From Candidatus Marinacidobacterium sp. (GTDB lineage Bacteria; Acidobacteriota; Vicinamibacteria; Marinacidobacterales; Marinacidobacteraceae): 64,000 nt of DNA. Positions within the stretch are counted from its first letter, which is position 1. Each line of letters begins with the position of its first letter. The stretch lies in NCBI GenBank assembly GCA_965220965.1, contig OZ244852.1, forward strand, positions 2,720,001-2,784,000, written 5' to 3'. A program made the position numbers and the translations under genes. Positions 58,171-64,000 of the stretch are shown here, one piece after another. Under the pieces are notes generated by a model. The model did not search any database. It was not told the DNA's origin and saw only the letters and a list, made by a program, of their open reading frames with translations.

Positions 58171-58763
58171 GCGGGTTACCCGAGCCGTTGCTGCGGCTCG
58201 TGCGCGAGCTGAAGCGGCTTCCCGGGATCGGCGAAAAGTCCGCGGTCCGCATCGCTTTCCACCTCCTGGCCGGCGACCGGGAGCGCGCCGACGCGCTGGC
58301 CGCCGCCGCCGGAACGCTCCACGATCTGGTCGCCCGCTGCCAGGTGTGCGGCAACTTCACCGAGGCCCAGCCCTGCGCGCTCTGCCGCGCCGACGACCGA
58401 AGCGAACCGGTCCTCTGCGTCGTCGAGGATCCGGCGGACATCGCCGCGGTCGAGAAGGCGGGCGCCTTCCGGGGCCGCTACCACGTCCTCGCCGGCGCCC
58501 TCTCCGGCCGTCACGCTCCCGAGGACGACCCCCAGATCCGCAAGCTGATCCGGCGCGTCCGCGAGGGTGCGTTCGAGGAAGTCCTTCTCGCCACGAACCC
58601 CACGAACGACGGTGAGTCGATCGCCGCCCTCATCGCCCATCTCCTGAAACCGGAGGAGATTCGCGTCACCCGGATCGGCATCGGCATCCCGATGGGCTCC
58701 GAGCTGGTCCACACCGACGAGACCACGATGGCGGAAGCTCTCCAGCACCGCTCGACGCTCTGA
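58167..58763 (+). CDS. recR: Recombination mediator RecR
   Basis: LPGIGEKSA HhH motif, CQVC..CALC Zn finger, CVVE, YHVL, ATNP TOPRIM. Confidence 0.96.
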   Translation: MSGLPEPLLRLVRELKRLPGIGEKSAVRIAFHLLAGDRERADALAAAAGTLHDLVARCQVCGNFTEAQPCALCRADDRSEPVLCVVEDPADIAAVEKAGAFRGRYHVLAGALSGRHAPEDDPQIRKLIRRVREGAFEEVLLATNPTNDGESIAALIAHLLKPEEIRVTRIGIGIPMGSELVHTDETTMAEALQHRSTL

Positions 58764-58865
58764 ACCGGCGTCCGCGATCCGGACATCCCGCCCTCCGAAT
58801 CGCCGGTTCCCGGCGCTCTCGGGTCTTCGCTATGATTGCGTTGTGGTAGGGGTGTGCAATGGGGA

Positions 58866-58940
58866 TCCACGGTAGCTCAATGGCAGAGCAGCGGACTGTT
58901 AATCCGTTGGTTGTAGGTTCAAGTCCTACCCGTGGAGCCA
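58866..58940 (+). tRNA. tRNA-Asn (GTT)
   Basis: TCCACGG/CCGTGGA-G-CCA; anticodon arm GCGGA-CTGTTAA-TCCGT. Confidence 0.97.
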
Positions 58941-59011
58941 CCCGGTTCCGCGTCGTGGAGCGAGGGCGGGTGACAGAGGGGGAGTCAGGTCGACATCGGT
59001 ACGCTCCGCTC

Positions 59012-60025
59012 GTGCGCGTCCCGATCGCTCCCGCTCTCCTTCTGGCTCTCCTGGCGCCGGCGGTCTTCGCCGCGGACTCCCCGCCGCGGCCCGATCCTCC
59101 GGAGGAGGGAGTCGAGGCGGCTCTCCAGGCGGATGATGAGGAGGCTCCCCCGATCGACTTCCATTTCCGGATTCGCGGGCGGTTCCTCGACGAGGTCTCC
59201 GACCCCGGAGACATTGCGTTGCAGCGCCTTTCGCTGTGGTCGGATACAAGAGTCGGCGAGCGGGTCCAGATCCGCGCGACCTGGGACGTCGGTGACGATC
59301 GCGTCCACGATCTCTGGGCCCAGGTCGATCTCGGCGGGGGCCTGAAGCTTCGCGCCGGACGGAGCGCTCCGACCTGGATCCCCGAGTTCACCGACCCTCC
59401 GTTCGCCTTCCAGATGGTCGGGTCGGCCCAGGGGGCCGCGCTGACGCGGATCCGCGAGACCGGCGCCTTTCTCCTCTGGGACCGCGGGCCCTGGAACGCC
59501 CGCCTGCATCTGGTCGCCGGCAATGGCTTCCAGCCCGACGAAAACTCGAATCAGGACGTTCTCTTCAGCGTGGGCCGCTCTTTCCCCGCCCTGGGCCGGT
59601 CGTGGGATCTGGACGTTGGCCACTACGAGGGAACCGACGGGCCGGACGACGCGCTCACCCCGGTGCGCGAGACGGCGGTTCACCTCGACGGGGACCTCGG
59701 CGACGCGCGGTACCTCCGGGCGGTGGTCTTCCGGCGCGAGGAAGAGGGGCACCAGCACCTCGGCGCTTTCGTCCGGGCGCGCAAGCGCTGGCCCAATGGG
59801 CTCTGGGGCGCGGTCGAGGTCGCGGGGGAGTCGAACCACGAAGCCGGCGAGCACGGCGACCCGAAGAACCTGAACTCCGTCAAGGTCGGCGCGCGCTACG
59901 AGCTTCCGTGGGTCCTGACCCACATTGCGGCGGACTACCGCTGGTACTTTGGCGCGGTGTCGGATCACGAGGTGCTCGTGGTGTTCCAGTGGGTCTTCGA
60001 CTTCCGGAACCCGCGCCGGAACTGA
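59012..60025 (+). CDS. Putative outer-membrane porin (OprO/OprP-like)
   Basis: Signal peptide ALLLALLAPAVFA; alternating beta-strand pattern, DLWAQV..LKLRAG, RETG; start inferred. Confidence 0.55.
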   Translation: MRVPIAPALLLALLAPAVFAADSPPRPDPPEEGVEAALQADDEEAPPIDFHFRIRGRFLDEVSDPGDIALQRLSLWSDTRVGERVQIRATWDVGDDRVHDLWAQVDLGGGLKLRAGRSAPTWIPEFTDPPFAFQMVGSAQGAALTRIRETGAFLLWDRGPWNARLHLVAGNGFQPDENSNQDVLFSVGRSFPALGRSWDLDVGHYEGTDGPDDALTPVRETAVHLDGDLGDARYLRAVVFRREEEGHQHLGAFVRARKRWPNGLWGAVEVAGESNHEAGEHGDPKNLNSVKVGARYELPWVLTHIAADYRWYFGAVSDHEVLVVFQWVFDFRNPRRN

Positions 60026-60121
60026 ACCTCGCGCGCCGTCAGGTCGTTTTCTGGTCCGGGTCCTGCACCCTCTGACCACCGGCTCACGAACCGAGCCTCT
60101 TCCGGCGAAGGAGATCCCCCC

Positions 60122-60616
60122 ATGGCCAAGGCGGCCCACTACATTCCTCCCCGCGCCCACGGCGTCACTCCCTACCTCGTGGTGGATGAGGGTCAGAAGG
60201 CGCTCGCCTGGTACACCGCGGTGCTCGGCGCCGAGGTGGAGTCCGTGATGGACGGTCCGGGCGGGGCGGTCATGCATGCCGAGATCAGGATCGGCGACGC
60301 CCAGGTCTACCTCTCCCAGGAGTTCCCCGGGGCGCCGGGCTTCGTCTCCCCGAAGACCCTCGGCGGGACGGCGACCAGCATCCACCTCTACGTTCCCGAC
60401 ATCGACGCGACCCACAAGCTCGCCCTCGAGAACGGCGCGGAGGAACTCGCTCCTCCGACGGATCAATTCTGGGGAGACCGCCACTCGACGGTCGTGGATC
60501 CCTTCGGCCACCGCTGGTCCTTCGCGACCCACAAGGAAACCCTCGAGCCCGAGGAGCTCGAGCGCCGCGCCCGGGAAGCGGCCGCCGAGTTCGCCGCCTC
60601 CGGGGGAGGCTCCTGA
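60122..60616 (+). CDS. VOC/glyoxalase (PhnB-like) protein
   Basis: VTPYLVV, MHAEIRIGD, LYVPDID, DQFWGDR..DPFGHRW. Confidence 0.92.
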   Translation: MAKAAHYIPPRAHGVTPYLVVDEGQKALAWYTAVLGAEVESVMDGPGGAVMHAEIRIGDAQVYLSQEFPGAPGFVSPKTLGGTATSIHLYVPDIDATHKLALENGAEELAPPTDQFWGDRHSTVVDPFGHRWSFATHKETLEPEELERRAREAAAEFAASGGGS

Positions 60617-60621
60617 GAGCC

Positions 60622-61203
60622 ATGACGCGCTGCGCCGCCGAGCCCGCTCGGGCGCTGCGCGCTCGCCGCGCGCATCGGGTCCGTGAGTTTCTTCCGGTGG
60701 CCGCGCTGCTCGCCGCGTTGCCGGCGGCCTTCGCCTGTCAGACGGCTTCGACCCCGGACGAGCCAATGACGGATCCGGCCGCGGACGCGACCGTGGTCGC
60801 CGCCGCGGATACGACGCCTCCTCCGTCCCCCGCGATGGGGGCCGTCGTGAACGCCGGCGGTGATGCCGCCCTCGGCGATGACGCCTTCGAACTGAACTCC
60901 GCGGCCATCGTCGATGACCGGCTGGAAGTCTCGGTCTCCTACGGCGGCGGCTGCGCGGAGCACGAGTTCACCCTCGTGCTGGCGGAGGCCTTCCGCGAAA
61001 CCTTCCCCCTGCGGCTGCCGGTCGATCTGCGCCACGAAGCGAACGGCGATGCCTGCGAGGCCTGGCTGACGACCGACTACGTATTCGACCTGACGCTGGT
61101 GCGGACGCGCTACCGGGAGGGCTACGGGTCCGGCCCCGGGAGCGTCATCCTGCAGCTCGAGGGAGTCGGGCCCGACAGCCTGCTCTACGAATTCCCCGGG
61201 TAG
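60622..61203 (+). CDS. Hypothetical lipoprotein (possible NigD-like C-terminal domain)
   Basis: Lipobox-like AAFAC; D.FEL..LEVSVSYGGGC..HEF.L, LRHEANGDACEA. Confidence 0.55.
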   Translation: MTRCAAEPARALRARRAHRVREFLPVAALLAALPAAFACQTASTPDEPMTDPAADATVVAAADTTPPPSPAMGAVVNAGGDAALGDDAFELNSAAIVDDRLEVSVSYGGGCAEHEFTLVLAEAFRETFPLRLPVDLRHEANGDACEAWLTTDYVFDLTLVRTRYREGYGSGPGSVILQLEGVGPDSLLYEFPG

Positions 61204-61225
61204 GCGGACGCGCGCCGCCCGGCGG

Positions 61226-63079
61226 TCAGAGCGTTCGCAGGAACGCGATGAGGGCGGGGAGATCGCCCTCGGAGACCACGATCCCGTGTCCCGGATGGAC
61301 CCGGAGCACTTCCTCCAGCGAGTGCGCGGAGCCGTCGTGGAGAAGGCGGCGGCGCGTGCGGACCCCGCGCAGCGACGGCGGATTGAAGTGCGCGTTTCCG
61401 CGCTCGTCGGTCAGGCCCACATCGTGAGCGCCGGGGGAGGTGTAGAGCGGCTCGGTGTGGCAGCGGTTGCAGGTGTAGGCCGAGAAGGCGTCCCGCCCGC
61501 GCGCCACCAGCGCGGCGTCGGTTGAGGCCTCTCCCATCTCGGGAAGTTCGAGCGTCAGCAGGTAGGCCGTCAGGTCGTCCACCTCGCGGGGGGCGAGATC
61601 CCGGCCGCGCAGCGTCGTCTCGACCGACTTGACGACCTGGTGCTCGAGTTTCCGGATCTTCCCGTTCCAGGCCCACGGGCCGGTGTCGCGGACGCCCAGC
61701 AGCGAGAGAACCCGCTTCGGAGCGCCGTAGGCCCCGTCCCCCAGCGTGTCGGAAAGCCGGTGGTTCGTGTGCCCGTTCGTGTGGCAACTGTTGCAGCTCA
61801 TCCAGCCGCGGAGCGACAGGGTCGCGTCGTGGAACAGCAGTTCGCCCCGGTCCGCCGCGGTCAGCGCGGCGGGTGGGCCGAGCGGCATCCGGGCGGTCTC
61901 GGTGCGGTCGGTCAGCGAGACCACCGACACCGAGTCGGACCAGGTGTTCGCCACGAACAGCTCGTCGCCGCTGAGCGCGAGCGCCGAGGGACCGGCCCCG
62001 ACCCGGACCTGACTGACCTGTCGGGCCGCCGGAGCGCCGAAGGCCAGCCGCCCGACGCCCGAGAGCGCCACCACGAGCTGTCCGTCCCCGGCCGCCAGGA
62101 TGGCCGCCGGATCGCCCGAGGGGGAGGAGACCGTCCCCAGGTCCAGGACCCGGGCGCGCCGGTGCATCCGGGGATCGCCGGCGATCAGGTCGTCCACCGG
62201 AAACAGCCGGACGCTGTTCGTCAGGAACACTCCCCAGCGAATGTCATCCGAACTGGTGTGCATCCCGGAGTGGAGCTGCTGATGGACGATGGCGACCTGC
62301 TCCCGGTCCGGAGTGAGCGCGAGTCCCCGCAGGTTGTGGCTGGGCAGTTCGAACGAGCGCTCGAGCGCGCCGGTCGCCGCATCGAGCAGGGCGAGTCCCC
62401 CGCCGAAGGCGTCCGCCACCAGCAGATGCTCCGGGTCGAGGAAGAGCAGCTCCCCGGCCTCGAACGGCAACCGTCCGGTCCAGGCGGGCTCGAGCGTCAC
62501 GCCCGCCCCGATCCCGAGCTCGTAGCCCCGCACCTCGCGCGGCCACAGGCACGAAACGGCGAGCGCCTGCTCCTCGATGACCGCGCGCCGGGGGTTGCGG
62601 CAGGTCGGGAACGCAGCGTCCACCGCAAGGACCGGTCGGCTCCGCGCCGCCGGGAAGAGATCCCCGCCCGGCGGGCCGGGCCGGACGTCGTCCTCCACCC
62701 GGAGGACCAGCAGCCGGCCCCCCCGGTGGTCCACCGCCAGCAGCCGGGGCGGGTCGCCGGCGGCGCCCGGCAGCACGGCCAGCGATGTGATGTCGCCGCC
62801 CACCGGCGTCTCCCCGAGGAGCGTGCGGTCCGAGGCCCGGATCACGCTCACCGCGCCGGTCCGGTGTCCCACGACGACGGCGTCTCCGCCCCCGGGGAAT
62901 GAAGCGACCGCGATGGCCTGCGGCCTCCGTCCGCCGCCGGCCCCCGTCCCGAAGTCTCCGTCTCGCGCTCCGGCCCGCTCTTCGGGATTCCCCGGCGCGA
63001 ACGCGCTCAGCGCGAGCGCCGCAACCGCCGCCAGAGTCCGGCGAAGCGTCCGACCGGGGGGCGGGAACGAACCGCGCAT
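61226..63079 (-). CDS. Exported beta-propeller (YncE-like) plus di-heme cytochrome c (peroxidase/MauG-like) protein
   Basis: Signal peptide; propeller motifs (VGAGPSALA, FVANTWSDSVSVV); GELLFHD, CNSCH, SLLGVRDTGPW.WNG, CNRCH, PSLRGV, LHDGS. Confidence 0.85.
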   Translation of the reverse strand: MRGSFPPPGRTLRRTLAAVAALALSAFAPGNPEERAGARDGDFGTGAGGGRRPQAIAVASFPGGGDAVVVGHRTGAVSVIRASDRTLLGETPVGGDITSLAVLPGAAGDPPRLLAVDHRGGRLLVLRVEDDVRPGPPGGDLFPAARSRPVLAVDAAFPTCRNPRRAVIEEQALAVSCLWPREVRGYELGIGAGVTLEPAWTGRLPFEAGELLFLDPEHLLVADAFGGGLALLDAATGALERSFELPSHNLRGLALTPDREQVAIVHQQLHSGMHTSSDDIRWGVFLTNSVRLFPVDDLIAGDPRMHRRARVLDLGTVSSPSGDPAAILAAGDGQLVVALSGVGRLAFGAPAARQVSQVRVGAGPSALALSGDELFVANTWSDSVSVVSLTDRTETARMPLGPPAALTAADRGELLFHDATLSLRGWMSCNSCHTNGHTNHRLSDTLGDGAYGAPKRVLSLLGVRDTGPWAWNGKIRKLEHQVVKSVETTLRGRDLAPREVDDLTAYLLTLELPEMGEASTDAALVARGRDAFSAYTCNRCHTEPLYTSPGAHDVGLTDERGNAHFNPPSLRGVRTRRRLLHDGSAHSLEEVLRVHPGHGIVVSEGDLPALIAFLRTL

Positions 63080-63182
63080 CCCCGCATTGTATGGCCCTTC
63101 GGGGGGCGGACGCCGGGCCCTCCCGGGGCGCCCTCCCGCTAAAATTCCCGGTTCCCCTCTCCCCGAACTTGAGGTACCTCGA

Positions 63183-63950
63183 ATGACCGAACCGATCATG
63201 ATCGAGGCGCGCGATCTCAGCAAGTTCTACGGCCCCTTCGTGGCGGTCGAGCGCGTGCGCTTCGCGATTCCACGGGGCCAGATCGTGGCCTTTCTGGGTC
63301 CGAATGGCGCCGGCAAGACGACCACGATGAAGATGTTGACCGGCTATCTGGCGCCGAGCGAGGGGTCCGCCCATATCGCCGGTCTGGATGTCCGCGAGGA
63401 CCGCATCGGAGCTTCCAGGCGCCTCGGCTACCTGCCCGAGAACGGCCCGCTCTACCCCGACATGACCCCGGCGGAACTCCTTCGCTTCTTCGGCGAGGCC
63501 CGCGAGATTCCGGCCACCCGCCTCCCCGGCCGGATCCGGGAGGTCGCCTCGCTCTGCGCGCTCGAGGAAGTCCTGGAAAAGCCCATCGGGAAGCTCTCCC
63601 GGGGCCTCCGCCAGCGGGTGGGGGTCGCCCAGGCGCTCCTCCACGATCCCGACGTGCTCGTCATGGATGAACCCACCTCCGGGCTCGACCCGAACCAGAT
63701 CCGGGAGTTCCGGACGAACATCCGCCGGATCGGCGCCGAGAAGACCGTGCTCATTTCCACTCACATCCTCCGCGAGGTCGAAGCGGTCGCCGACCGGGTC
63801 CTGCTGGTGAACCGCGGCAGGCTGGTCTTCGACGGCGCGCCCGCCGACCTCGAGAAGGACGGATCGCTCGAGGAGACGTTCTACCGGCTCACCTCCGATC
63901 CGGCCGCGAGCGGCGCCGAGGCGCCGACGACAGCCAGGGAGGCCGCCTGA
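63183..63950 (+). CDS. ABC transporter ATP-binding protein (GldA-like)
   Basis: GPNGAGKTT, GYLPENGPLY, LSRGLRQRVG, MDEPTSGLDPNQI, STHIL. Confidence 0.93.
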   Translation: MTEPIMIEARDLSKFYGPFVAVERVRFAIPRGQIVAFLGPNGAGKTTTMKMLTGYLAPSEGSAHIAGLDVREDRIGASRRLGYLPENGPLYPDMTPAELLRFFGEAREIPATRLPGRIREVASLCALEEVLEKPIGKLSRGLRQRVGVAQALLHDPDVLVMDEPTSGLDPNQIREFRTNIRRIGAEKTVLISTHILREVEAVADRVLLVNRGRLVFDGAPADLEKDGSLEETFYRLTSDPAASGAEAPTTAREAA

Positions 63951-63951
63951 C

Positions 63952-64000
63952 ATGCCCGGCTTCGCAGGCCTTCCCGACGTCCGCCGCAACGTCGTCGCCG
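63952..64000 (+). CDS. Start of next gene, probably the ABC permease (truncated by window)
   Basis: ATG 1 nt after the previous stop with GGAGG upstream; MPGFAGLPDVRRNVVA. Confidence 0.45.
   Translation, partial: MPGFAGLPDVRRNVVA

Overview
High-GC bacterial chromosome segment, densely coding. The GWxTD protein and carboxypeptidase-regulatory/TonB-type outer-membrane proteins suggest Acidobacteriota; this is inferred from gene content only. Housekeeping genes: eno, tsaD, thiD-moaE-moaD, dnaX-ybaB-recR, an MrfA/MrfB-like repair pair, and tRNAs Sec, Ala, Ser and Asn. There is also a sigma54 two-component system, TRAP/OPT/ABC/RND transporters, several peptidases and a six-gene putative catabolic operon. 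The most unusual locus is at 27.9-31.0 kb. A predicted exported (lipo)protein there consists almost entirely of a perfect (Gly-Asp)88 tract and is encoded directly upstream of an Asp/Asn beta-hydroxylase-type 2OG-Fe(II) oxygenase, with a convergent alpha/alpha-barrel-like protein next to it. This is a candidate system for making a ribosomally encoded poly-beta-hydroxy-Asp metal-binding surface polymer. Other notable items: a RuBisCO-like protein fused to a methylsulfurylase-like cupin, a CxxC/RGPP leader peptide (DUF2946/CruR-like) ahead of an ABC transporter, a MITE next to an orphan ImmA/IrrE peptidase, an aminotransferase with a degenerate internal duplicate, and recurrent leaderless-type promoters. 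All family assignments come from motif recognition by eye; no database searches were run.
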